A stretch of 63,678 bases of DNA, the filler included, from an uncultured Methanosarcinales archaeon (GTDB lineage: Archaea; Nanobdellota; Nanobdellia; Woesearchaeales; CAYZNE01): assembly GCA_964405295.1 (NCBI GenBank). It is 14 parts of 14 records of this genome, joined end to end, with 100 filler letters (N's around TTAATTAATTAA, not from the genome) between each part and the next. Parts side by side here need not be neighbours in the genome. Positions count along the whole stretch, not along the records: positions 47,261 to 51,352 come from CAYONI010000052.1; positions 51,453 to 55,508 come from CAYONI010000053.1; positions 55,609 to 59,646 come from CAYONI010000054.1; 11 more parts are not named here. One strand, given 5' to 3'. The translations under genes and the position numbers were made by a program. Below the pieces are notes generated by a model that saw nothing but the letters and a program-made list of their open reading frames with translations, did not search any database and was not told the origin of the DNA. Each line of letters begins with the position of its first letter. Within the stretch, counting starts at the first letter, position 1. Positions 48,700-58,226 of this stretch are shown piece after piece.

Positions 48700-48943
48700 A
48701 AATATACTAATACAAAAAGAAAATGTCAGAAAATCTTTAGAAAAGTTAATTGAAGTTTGTAAAAAAGAACAAATGACTAATTCAACAATTGAAGAATTTA
48801 AAAAAGGTAAAACAATCATAGATTGTAAATATTGTAAAACACCAAACATGGTAGAAGTACACAAAGAAAAAAAGTATACTATGTATGAATGCTTAAAATG
48901 TTCTAAAACTTATATGGAAAAATTTAAATGGAGCACAAAATAG
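48692..48943 (+). CDS. Zinc-ribbon protein
   Basis: CKYC...CLKC. Confidence 0.6.
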   Translation: MNKNILIQKENVRKSLEKLIEVCKKEQMTNSTIEEFKKGKTIIDCKYCKTPNMVEVHKEKKYTMYECLKCSKTYMEKFKWSTK

Positions 48944-49164
48944 CATTTAGAACAACAAGATATTCTGTAATATCTAAATTAAACGAAAACAAAGAAATAG
49001 AAAGCTATTGTTCAATGGGAAATCAAAAATTTTATGTAGAAGATATAAATTGTTTAGATAAAATAAAAAATGGTTATATACAAGTAATAGAATTGCATAA
49101 AAAAATATTAAAACAAAATAAAATATTGAGTTTAGAAACTAAATTGGAGGTTAATTTTGAATAA
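48928..49164 (+). CDS. Viral hypothetical protein
   Basis: Packed ORF. Confidence 0.5.
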   Translation: MEHKIAFRTTRYSVISKLNENKEIESYCSMGNQKFYVEDINCLDKIKNGYIQVIELHKKILKQNKILSLETKLEVNFE

Positions 49165-49436
49165 TGACAGATTACGTTAAACAATCATTACAACATGAAC
49201 AATATTTTCAATGTCCTTATTGTAAAAGATATGATGGTGGTCATGGAATTAGAGTTCCAAAAAGTGTTGGTAAATACAGGGTTAAAATCCTTTATGGATA
49301 TATTTTAGTATTTAAATGTAGTCGATGTGGAAGAGTTTTTAGAGTTGAAATAAATCCACAATTATACTTATGGGACCGTATGAAAATAAAAGAAAAAGAA
49401 CAGTTTAAAAAGTTAAAAGGAGGTAAAAAAATATGA
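49164..49436 (+). CDS. Zinc-ribbon protein
   Basis: CPYC...CSRC; GGAGG RBS. Confidence 0.65.
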   Translation: MTDYVKQSLQHEQYFQCPYCKRYDGGHGIRVPKSVGKYRVKILYGYILVFKCSRCGRVFRVEINPQLYLWDRMKIKEKEQFKKLKGGKKI

Positions 49437-49882
49437 CAAAGAAATTTGAACTAAACAACAATAAAGATTTAATTGTAACTATTGATCTTAATGAGGCTAT
49501 ATGGATTCCGTCTGGTGAAGAAAAACAAGACATTGGAACTTATACACAGCAAACAATTCAGACTATAAGAAAAGATAAAATTATTATTCTTAAAGATTTT
49601 ATGCAAATTGAATATGATAAATGGAATAAGCAATTAGAAAACCTTGAAAAACAGTTTGAACCTTTAAAGGATTTACAAGATATTGACGAAACAATAATAA
49701 AACATTGTAAAAAAGCGATAGATAAAGGTGCAAAACCGTTTAAGGTATCAATGCAACCATTAAATAAAAGAATTATAGATTTGACAACTAAAGCAAATTT
49801 AATTCAGCAAATTGAATACATTAAAAAAACTTTAGTTGATGTAAAAACTGATTTAGAGAGTTTAACTAAAGCTATAAAATAA
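49433..49882 (+). CDS. Viral coiled-coil hypothetical protein
   Basis: GGAGGT RBS. Confidence 0.6.
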   Translation: MTKKFELNNNKDLIVTIDLNEAIWIPSGEEKQDIGTYTQQTIQTIRKDKIIILKDFMQIEYDKWNKQLENLEKQFEPLKDLQDIDETIIKHCKKAIDKGAKPFKVSMQPLNKRIIDLTTKANLIQQIEYIKKTLVDVKTDLESLTKAIK

Positions 49883-49927
49883 TTGATGGTTTTATAAATA
49901 TTATTTTTTATATATTTTTATCTTAAA

Positions 49928-51352
49928 ATGGCAATATGGGACTTCTTTAAAAAACAACCACAGCTGAAAGCATTATCAACTGAAGAAGCTAATAAAAATG
50001 ACCAAGGTGTTTTAGTTGGAGTTCGAAAAGATGATGACATTTTTAAGGCTTATATTCCTGATTTTTTGTATAAACCTCCTTTTGGAATGCCAAGACGAGA
50101 TAACACTGTAATGTTTAAACAGTTGGCAAAAAATCCTTATGTTTTTTCTGTAATTAAAACTCTTTGCGATGAGGCTACAACCAATCCGTGGGAAGTTAGA
50201 GTTAAGGAAGAATTTCAAGACGACGGAACCGATTATTCTGATAAAATCAAAGAGATAACAAATTTTCTACAGAATCCTAACGGTAATGCTGAATCATTAA
50301 AACACATTTTAAGACAATTAATAACCGATTTATTGGAAGTTGATTCCGCTGTTCTTGTTAAAGTATTTAACTCTGGAGGAAAGATGAACCAAATCTTTTC
50401 AAGAGATGGATCATTATTTTTAAAGAATTGTGATATATATGGTTATATGGGAAACCGTGCAGATTTTGTAATGCCATTGCCAGATGGAATGACAGGTGTA
50501 AATATTGATTTTGGTGGAACACCAACAACATCACAACAACAAATTATGAAACAATATTCTCTTTTATATAAAGAACAAGCAGCTTATTTTCAATATGGGT
50601 GGACTGCTGGATCTATGCCAGTTCCTTTTGGAAAACGGGAAATAATTTATATGATGCAAATGCCACGTGGTGATTCAATATATGGAACATCGCCGGTTGG
50701 AATTTTAACAAATATAATTCTTAATTTAATTTATGGGGCAGATTTTAACTTAGATTTTTATACTAATAATAATATGCCAGATGGTGCAATAAGTTTATTA
50801 GGTGCACAAAACGATCAAATTACTCAGTTTAGAGAGAATATGGAAAATCAGTTTAAATTTACTGATAATCTTGGAAATAAACGTAAAAAGTTCTGGAAGC
50901 ATCCAATTACTTCAACGCCTGTAGAGTTCACACCGTTTTCATTTAATTCTAAAGATATGGAAGTATTGGCACAACAAAAATGGTTTACTAAAATTATGTG
51001 GATGTGCTTTGGGGTAAATGCAGAAGAGATGGGCTTCAGCGAGGACAGCAACAAGTCAACAAGTGAAGTACAAATTAAAGCATTTAAACGTAAAGCAATT
51101 AAACCATTATTAGATGTTATTGCTTATCACTTTTCTACACAATTACTTACAGAGTTTTTTGATAATGTTAAATCGGGTGAAGTTCCTTTAGAGTTTATAT
51201 TTGATGAATATGATGTTCAAGAAGATACAGCTAAACACTCATTGTTAGAACAGGAAATAAGAATGGGAGTTAAAACTCCTTTAATGGCTGCTAAGGAGTT
51301 AGGTATTAATGTTGAAGAATTGGAAAAAGAATTAGATAAACAAAAAGATGAA
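49928..51352 (+). CDS. Phage portal protein (3' partial)
   Basis: SIYGTSPV, FYTNNNMPDG, FGVNAEEMG and AIKPLL. Confidence 0.9.
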
Positions 51353-51452
51353 NNNNNNNNNNNNNNNNNNNNNNNNNNNNNNNNNNNNNNNNNNNNTTAA
51401 TTAATTAANNNNNNNNNNNNNNNNNNNNNNNNNNNNNNNNNNNNNNNNNNNN

Positions 51453-51783
51453 GCTTAGATAATACTTTAGGCAAAGTTTTTTCTTTCTTCTTAATAGGAA
51501 TTTCATCAGTTGTAAAAGGTCTGTTCAGGATGTTTGCAAAAAAGAACCTTAGAGCTGCATAACACAACCTTGAAGAATTCACACTTAAATTCAAACTTAA
51601 AAAATAATACCTAACACTAGAATTTCCTAGATTAAACCTATTCTTGATAATAAAATCTAAATATTTTGCACTCCAATAAGAATAAGCCTTCAAAGTCTGT
51701 ACACTAAAACCCCTTAATTTGCACTCATCAGCCAATTTCTGCAAATATTCCTGCTTTTTAGCTTCATCTAACATATAATCCAT
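51453..51783 (-). CDS. Tyrosine recombinase N-terminus (SAM-like, IntI/XerA-type; partial)
   Basis: KLRGFSVQTLKAYSYW...AALRFFF...KTLPKVLS. Confidence 0.8.
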
Positions 51784-52152
51784 ATAAGAAATTATCTACT
51801 TAATCTTCATAAGATTAAGCCCTAGCCATTCGGAATTCTTCCGAATTAAGCCTTGTTAACTATAATTAGGCACTAGCAAACTAGGCCTAATATATGTTAG
51901 CCAAAATTTTCTTACTGCCTCCTAATGTCGGTAAACCAAAAATCTAAAAAGATAGGTGCCTTCGTTAAACGGGTAAAAAAGAAAGAGAAAAATGCTTTGC
52001 ACTTTTCATAACAAATGTTTAACGGTTTCATTACATTCGACCCAAATTTTTACTTACTTTAAAAAACAAAAGAGAGAGGGGCTTAGTCCTTTCAGGACAA
52101 ATAGTTTCGGCTTTGCCTCAAAATTATGGGGGGCGTTTTAAAACAAACACTG

Positions 52153-52253
52153 AATACTACTTAATCTACTTTGTAGTATATAACTACTAAAAATATAACC
52201 TCTACAATTATTACTTTTCAAAAAAGAAAACATTTAAATACTACTTAATCTAC
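52153..52253 (+). promoter_or_regulatory. 17-bp direct repeats around an archaeal BRE/TATA promoter
   Basis: AATACTACTTAATCTAC at 52153 and 52237; the second overlaps TTTAAATA (52233-52240). Confidence 0.6.
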
Positions 52254-52263
52254 AAAGTATTAT

Positions 52264-52422
52264 ATGATTACAAAAAAGACTCAATCTATAAAAACTACTA
52301 CCATTAGAATAGAACAAACAACAAAAGAAAAAATTGAAAATCTTGATTTTGTTAGAAAGAATACTTACAACGAAATTTTACTAAAATTAATTGAGTTTTA
52401 TAATAAACATAAGAAAAAATGA
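52264..52422 (+). CDS. Small ribbon-helix-helix-like protein, 52 aa
   Basis: TTIRIEQTTKEKIENL...TYNEILLKLI. Confidence 0.7.
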   Translation: MITKKTQSIKTTTIRIEQTTKEKIENLDFVRKNTYNEILLKLIEFYNKHKKK

Positions 52423-52489
52423 TAAACCTGCATAACCAAACCAACCCTGCCTCTCAATCGGGGGGGGCGAAGCAAAAAAAAGGTAAAAC

Positions 52490-53911
52490 ATGAATAAAAA
52501 AGAAATAGAATTTATACAACAGGAAGGAGAAGGACAATTTATTGAGTTTAAAGAAAATTTAGATAAAAAGATTGCTCAGGAGATTGTTGCTTTTGCCAAT
52601 GCCAGTGGAGGAAAAATCTTTTTAGGAATAGACGATAAAAATAATATTAAAGGAATTAATATAACAAATAAATTAAAGTCGCAAATTCAGGATATTGCAA
52701 GAAACTGCGACCCTTCTATAAATATCAAATTAGAATCATTTGAAAAGATATTAATAATCAACATTGCCGAGGGCAAAGATAAACCTTATTCCTGTTCAGA
52801 TGGTTTTTACATGAGAATGAATGCAAACTCCCAAAAAATGAATAGAAACCAAATAATTGAATTAAGTATAAAATCAGGCAAAATTAGATTTGATGAGCAG
52901 ATTTGCTCTGATTTTAAATTTGAAGATTTTGATGATGAGAAATTTAATTATTACTTAAAACTTGCGAGAATTTCAAATAATTTAGAAAGAAAAGATATTT
53001 TAAAAAATTTAAAGTTATTAACAAAACAGGGCATGACAAATGCAGGAGTTTTGTTTTTTGCAAAAGAACCATATAAATATATAGGCAATTCAAAAATAAG
53101 ATGTGTCAGGTTTAAGGGAAATAAACGAGTTGATATACTTGATAAAAAAGAAGTTGATAGGGGAATTGTTGGAAATATAGAATTTGCCATACAATATCTT
53201 AATGAATGTGTTCCGGTTAGATTTGAGATAGTTGGCAGTAGAAGAAAAGAATATCCTCAGTTCCCGGAAAAAGCTTACAGAGAAGCAATTGTTAATGCAG
53301 TTGTCCATAGAGATTATTTGGATAATGGCGAGGTTGCTGTTGAAAAATTAAAAGATGAATTAATAATTAATAATCCCGGGAATTCATTAGTTTCTAAAAA
53401 AGAATTTGGAACAAGAAGTAGATTAAGAAATAGATTAATTGCTGATTTGCTGTCCAGAACTATTTTTATGGAAAGAGTTGGCACAGGAATTAAAAGAATA
53501 AAAGAAAGTTGTGAGAAAAATAAAAATAAGGTGGAATTTAAATTAGATGAAAAAGATTTTTTTGTGATAATAAGAAGTGAGCCAGTAAGCGAGCCACTAA
53601 ATGAGCCAGAAAGAAAGATATTAAAATTAAAGCAGGTTGACGAATGGTTAACGAAAGTTAACGCAAGGTTAACGCAAGAATTATCTGATAATGAGAAAAA
53701 AATAATATTTTTTATAATTGAGAATAATAAAATTAATTCTGCAGATTTACAGAGTTTATTAAAAATAAGCAGGGTAATGGCTAACAGATATTTCAACAAA
53801 CTAATTGAGAAAAAGTTAATTATGAGAAAGGGTATTGGAAAATCAACTTATTATATTATTAAACCGAACGATAAACCGAACGATAAAAAACATGGTGAAA
53901 AAGATGATTAA
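52490..53911 (+). CDS. AlbA_2 (Schlafen) - HATPase_c_4 - HTH protein
   Basis: EGEGQFIEFKE, VAFANASGG, REAIVNAVVHRDY and ERVGTGI. Confidence 0.9.
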   Translation: MNKKEIEFIQQEGEGQFIEFKENLDKKIAQEIVAFANASGGKIFLGIDDKNNIKGINITNKLKSQIQDIARNCDPSINIKLESFEKILIINIAEGKDKPYSCSDGFYMRMNANSQKMNRNQIIELSIKSGKIRFDEQICSDFKFEDFDDEKFNYYLKLARISNNLERKDILKNLKLLTKQGMTNAGVLFFAKEPYKYIGNSKIRCVRFKGNKRVDILDKKEVDRGIVGNIEFAIQYLNECVPVRFEIVGSRRKEYPQFPEKAYREAIVNAVVHRDYLDNGEVAVEKLKDELIINNPGNSLVSKKEFGTRSRLRNRLIADLLSRTIFMERVGTGIKRIKESCEKNKNKVEFKLDEKDFFVIIRSEPVSEPLNEPERKILKLKQVDEWLTKVNARLTQELSDNEKKIIFFIIENNKINSADLQSLLKISRVMANRYFNKLIEKKLIMRKGIGKSTYYIIKPNDKPNDKKHGEKDD

Positions 53912-55112
53912 CAAACCCAATCTCTCTCCCGCTCAATCGGGGGGGGGGGCGAAGCAAAAAAGAAGTGGTAAAAAGCTAGTATTAACAATTTTCATAGTCT
54001 TATTTCTTTCAATTATTATTTCTATTGCAAGTGCTGTTCTTCTAAACACTTTATTTGGAGGAGAATCCTCTAAACTCTTAACATTTCCACAGGCAGGAAA
54101 TCAGACAGATTATATTAAACTGCCTGAAAGTGCTAATGTAACTTCTTCAAAATTTAATTTGCAGGGATTGATTTATGAAGTTGCATCGCTTTTTCAAACC
54201 CTAACCCAATCTGATTTTGACGAGGGTGTTTATAATGATACTTTATATAACACAACAAATAATGCAGTCCAGCTTAATCTTTCTTATGATTCAGGGAATT
54301 ACACAAGTGAAGTTTTAGACACTGGTGGGAATTCTTCTTATCAGAATTTAACATGGCATGAGCAGAGAATTGAATGCCCAGAAGGTATGGCTTATATTAA
54401 CAAATTAAATGGCTATTGTATAGACCAATATGAAGCTCATGCTTTGAATTCAAATGGTTCAATAGCAACACCTCCGACATCTGCTGGAGCCACTTACAAT
54501 CTTATTGCTGCGGGAGGAAAAGCTGGAAGTGCATTTAATCAAACAGTTTGGGTTTATATTGACCAGACAGAAGCAAGAACAGCTTGTTCAAATGCCGGCA
54601 AGCATTTATGCACAGATGCAGAATGGCTTGGAGCTGCAAATTTAAATGGGCAAGTTTATAATCTTCCAATAGATTTGGCAGTTTCTCCTTATTTTTGTGT
54701 AACTGGCACAAGCACTGATTGTGCAGGAGAAAGCCCGGGAAGTGGAAGTGCATGTAAAACGGGAGGATGCACTGACGATGAAGGATGTGGCAACTGTGTT
54801 TCATCAGAGGGAGTTTATGACCAAGTAGGGAATGTCTGGGAATGGACAAATGAAACAGCAACAATGGTTAGCCCTGAAAGTGGCTGGCATTATATTAATA
54901 CAACAGATATGACATGGGCTTTGGTTTCATCTGCAGATGATGGTACTTATGGAAAAGATGGAACATACTTTTTAGCAGGTACAAACAATCGCGCGGTGCT
55001 ACGTGGTGGCGCTTGGGCTTTTGGGCCTCATGCTGGGCCGTTTTGCGCGGATCTGTATGATGGTCCCACGACTACGTACTACAACTTTGGCTTCCGCTGC
55101 TGCAGTAGTTAA
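53904..55112 (+). CDS. DGR target: membrane-anchored FGE-sulfatase/C-type-lectin-fold protein
   Basis: N-terminal TM; CPEGM, YCIDQYE, GVYDQVGNVWEW and RGGAW...FGFRCC. Confidence 0.88.
   Translation: MINKPNLSPAQSGGGAKQKRSGKKLVLTIFIVLFLSIIISIASAVLLNTLFGGESSKLLTFPQAGNQTDYIKLPESANVTSSKFNLQGLIYEVASLFQTLTQSDFDEGVYNDTLYNTTNNAVQLNLSYDSGNYTSEVLDTGGNSSYQNLTWHEQRIECPEGMAYINKLNGYCIDQYEAHALNSNGSIATPPTSAGATYNLIAAGGKAGSAFNQTVWVYIDQTEARTACSNAGKHLCTDAEWLGAANLNGQVYNLPIDLAVSPYFCVTGTSTDCAGESPGSGSACKTGGCTDDEGCGNCVSSEGVYDQVGNVWEWTNETATMVSPESGWHYINTTDMTWALVSSADDGTYGKDGTYFLAGTNNRAVLRGGAWAFGPHAGPFCADLYDGPTTTYYNFGFRCCSS
54990..55105 (+). repeat. DGR variable region (inferred; cognate TR not in contig)
   Basis: GC-rich 3' end encoding RAVLRGGAW...GFRCC, followed by hairpins and avd. 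Confidence 0.7.
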
Positions 55113-55156
55113 TCTGGTTCCTGGAATCTGGGAATCCAGAAAAACCGCCGAAGGCG
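55113..55156 (+). promoter_or_regulatory. Hairpins downstream of the VR
   Basis: TCTGG..CCAGA stem (55113-55140) and CGCC-GAA-GGCG (55146-55156). Confidence 0.6.
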
Positions 55157-55234
55157 TATCGCGAAAAAAATAAAGATGAAAAATAAAAAAATGAGGAAAA
55201 TAAACAAGAATAGAAAAGAGGTAGGGGTGAATGC

Positions 55235-55508
55235 ATGATTGAAGACATGAAAATTTTCCACAAAACATACGAATTCATCAAATGGGTTCATACCTTGCTG
55301 AATAAATTTCCAAAATCAGAAAAATATACAATGGCTCAGAAAATAGAAAACACTTCATTAAATTTTTTGGAAAGCATTATACAATCAAATAATGATTTTG
55401 ATAAAAAAGAGTCACTGCAAAAAGCAATTATTGAATTAGACAAATTAAGAATTTTTTTCAGGCTTTCCAAGGATTTGCAGTTTATTAGTTTTGCTCAATA
55501 TGAATATG
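55235..55508 (+). CDS. avd: DGR accessory variability determinant (partial)
   Basis: IFHKTYEFIKW...KFPKSEKYTMAQKI...ELDKLRIFFRLSKDL four-helix-bundle signature. Confidence 0.88.
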
Positions 55509-55656
55509 NNNNNNNNNNNNNNNNNNNNNNNNNNNNNNNNNNNNNNNNNNNNTTAATTAATTAANNNNNNNNNNNNNNNNNNNNNNNNNNNNNNNNNNNN
55601 NNNNNNNNCGGCAAACGATGGAAACGCAACACGCATGGATTTTTTGGGGGTATTAC

Positions 55657-55780
55657 GGGTTGGCAGGTGGCCCATTTGGGCGGGAATGCGAATAACGGGC
55701 TTAAAGCGGGCGCGTTTTACTGGAATCTGAATAACGATTCCTCGAATTCGAATTCGAATGTCGGCAGGCGGCAATGCTTA
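55657..55780 (+). ncRNA. DGR template region (TR)
   Basis: Reads GGNANNGLKAGAFYWNLNNDSSNSNSNVGRR (9 AAY codons) directly upstream of the RT. Confidence 0.85.
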
Positions 55781-55897
55781 TTTATAACGATCTGGCCTGA
55801 AAATTACATAATCCCCCATGCCGCTTGGCAAAACACAAAGCAATGCCCCATCGGTGCTGGTAGGGAGACCGAACGCTCCGGGGTGAAATAAGCAGAT

Positions 55898-56959
55898 ATG
55901 AAAAGAATCAGAGACATCTTTGAAACGCTATGCAGCATTGAAAATATAGCAATGGCGCATCAAAACGCCCGTAAAGGGAAAGCACATTACCGAGAGGTAA
56001 AAAAAGTAGACGCGAATCCTGAAAAATATTTTACGGCACTGCATGATATGCTGAGACAGAAAGCCTTTGATACCTCTCCGTACGTAGCAATGGTGAGGAC
56101 TGAGTCCGGGAAAAGACGGGAAATATTAAAATTGCCGTATTTCCCGGATCGCATTGTCCATCACTGCATCGTGCAGGTATTAAGCCCGGGTTGGTATAAA
56201 AATTTAATTAGAGATACTTATGCATGTATCCCTAAAAGAGGGATCCATGATGGTGTCAACCGTATCCGCCAGGCCCTGCGTGATCAACCCGGGACCCGAT
56301 ATTGCTTAAAAATGGACGCTAAAAAGTTTTATCCTTCCATTGACCAGGACATACTGAAAGTGATCATCCGAAAAAAGATAAAAGACCCTGATGTATTGGC
56401 GTTAATTGACGGTATTATCGATAGCACAGCGGCCGGCGTGCCCATCGGCAACTATTTGAGCCAATTTTTCGGGAATTTGTATTTAAGCGGATATGACCAT
56501 TGGATGAAGGAATGCCATCAGTGCAAATATTACTTTCGGTATTGCGATGATGTCGTAATTTTAGACCCTTCAAAGGCCAGGTTGCATGATTTGCGTAGAG
56601 AAACAGATACATATTGGAGTAACCGGCTGAAGTTGACGGTGAAAAAAAACTGGCAGGTGTTCCCGATTGACACCAGGGGGATTGATTTCTTGGGATATCG
56701 GTTCTTCCACGGATACATATTGCTGAGGAAATCAACGGCTAAAAATTTTAAAAGGAAAATGCGCTTATTGAAACGGCATTGGCGTAAAATGCCGCCTGTG
56801 TCTGTCCTGAGTACAGTAATGAGTTATGAAGGGTGGCTAAGACCGGCAAATTGCCTGAATCTGAAAAAAAGCCACATTGACAACGAAATAAAGGATATCG
56901 TCTCTGACGTAAGCCGCAAAATGAACATTAATAACCCATTGTGGAGGTGTGTACTATGA
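55898..56959 (+). CDS. DGR reverse transcriptase
   Basis: PYFPDRIVHH, GVPIGNYLSQ, YFRYCDD and IDFLGY. Confidence 0.93.
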   Translation: MKRIRDIFETLCSIENIAMAHQNARKGKAHYREVKKVDANPEKYFTALHDMLRQKAFDTSPYVAMVRTESGKRREILKLPYFPDRIVHHCIVQVLSPGWYKNLIRDTYACIPKRGIHDGVNRIRQALRDQPGTRYCLKMDAKKFYPSIDQDILKVIIRKKIKDPDVLALIDGIIDSTAAGVPIGNYLSQFFGNLYLSGYDHWMKECHQCKYYFRYCDDVVILDPSKARLHDLRRETDTYWSNRLKLTVKKNWQVFPIDTRGIDFLGYRFFHGYILLRKSTAKNFKRKMRLLKRHWRKMPPVSVLSTVMSYEGWLRPANCLNLKKSHIDNEIKDIVSDVSRKMNINNPLWRCVL

Positions 56960-57282
56960 TCTCAGAAAGTAATAAAAAATTACCGAGTTTAGGTAACTCA
57001 AGGGGTAAAATTATATTCCGATATGATTTTGTAGAAGTTGAAAAGAAAAATGACCTTGGTGACGATGAAAAACACTATCGTTGTAACGAGGTATGGATTG
57101 ACCCACCGGTTGAGCGAGGTCGATTGATAGATGCCGTTGTTTCGAGCCGATATTCAAAATCATCCGAAATCGCCATGATTAACAATAAGATCTCCGCCGT
57201 TAAAGGGGCCGCCGCGGAATACAAAACGTATCAGGCATGGCGCGCCAAAGTAAAGGCAATGGTGGACGAGGCGATTAAATGA
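56956..57282 (+). CDS. Hypothetical protein coupled to the RT
   Basis: ATGA overlap with the RT stop; GGAGGTG RBS. Confidence 0.75.
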   Translation: MISESNKKLPSLGNSRGKIIFRYDFVEVEKKNDLGDDEKHYRCNEVWIDPPVERGRLIDAVVSSRYSKSSEIAMINNKISAVKGAAAEYKTYQAWRAKVKAMVDEAIK

Positions 57283-57611
57283 CAGCCCCGGCTATCGATA
57301 TAAGGTCGCAACGGAAACTGCGGTTTTCTGATTTTGCCGATGAGCCGGAAGTCTTGGACGGCGATAAGATCCCGATAGAAAGGGTATTAAACAAGGAGAT
57401 TGAAATTATTGGGTACAGAGTCACATCCAGTAAATACCCGAAAAACAAAAGTGGAAAATGCCTGACATTGCAATTTATCGCCGATGACGGTGAAAGGCAT
57501 ATTCTGTTTACGGGTTCAGATGTTTTGATAGAGCAGACGGAACGTTACGGAGAAAAGATACCCTTTATTGCAGTAATAAAAAAAGTGAATAAATATTACA
57601 CGCTATCATAA
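57279..57611 (+). CDS. Hypothetical beta-rich protein
   Basis: ATGA overlap; FSDF...GDKIPIERVLNKEI...FTGSDVLIEQ. Confidence 0.75.
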   Translation: MTAPAIDIRSQRKLRFSDFADEPEVLDGDKIPIERVLNKEIEIIGYRVTSSKYPKNKSGKCLTLQFIADDGERHILFTGSDVLIEQTERYGEKIPFIAVIKKVNKYYTLS

Positions 57612-57780
57612 ACCGGCGAACAAGGTGGTCGATTATGGCCATATGGCACAAAAGGGCAGTTTGTTCCAACCATCAGTGTTTTAAAAACGACATCATCAAA
57701 CTTAGTTTGATGGTATCAAACTAAAAAAATGGGCTGTTTATGTCATTTCTTGACAATAAATTTAGCGCCGCTCTATAGTC

Positions 57781-58194
57781 TGCCTTGGAGATGAGTGCAA
57801 AATCCAAAATAACGTGAGTATATACAAGGGCGTTACATTGGAAGACGGTGTTTTTTGTGGCCCTTCCATGGTGTTTACCAATGTTTACAATCCTAGGGCA
57901 CAAATCCGCAAGATGGATCAGGTCCGTCCGACATTGGTGAAAAAAGGAGCTACCATAGGCGCCAATGCAACCATCGTATGCGGAATCACCATTGGAGAAT
58001 ACGCGTTTGTCGGTGCCGGTGCCCTGGTCAATAAGGATGTTCCGGATTATGCTTTGATTGTGGGCAATCCAGGCAGGGTTGTCGGATGGGTTTGTCAGTG
58101 CGGAGAGCGATTGGATGACAATTTGGTATGCAGGCGTTGCGGAAAAAGATACGAACGAAAGGATCGTGGGCCAGTATCCATCTTAATGCTTTAA
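57781..58194 (+). pseudogene. 5'-truncated WbpD/WlbB-like N-acetyltransferase
   Basis: Begins mid-domain ([17 protein letters not shown]); [11 protein letters not shown] and GWVCQCG. Confidence 0.7.
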
Positions 58195-58226
58195 GATAAA
58201 CTGCGGTCGGTTTCGAAGACTGCCCG

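Noticed and set aside
55667..55891. 74-aa Asn-rich ORF
   Set aside because: It is the DGR template region read in the target frame, not a likely protein.
53904..56959. Apparent complete DGR (target-VR-avd-TR-RT) across 53.9-57.0 kb
   Set aside because: An artificial linker (55509-55608) separates the halves, base composition differs, and TR and VR mismatch at many non-adenine positions. These are two unrelated DGRs placed side by side by contig sorting.
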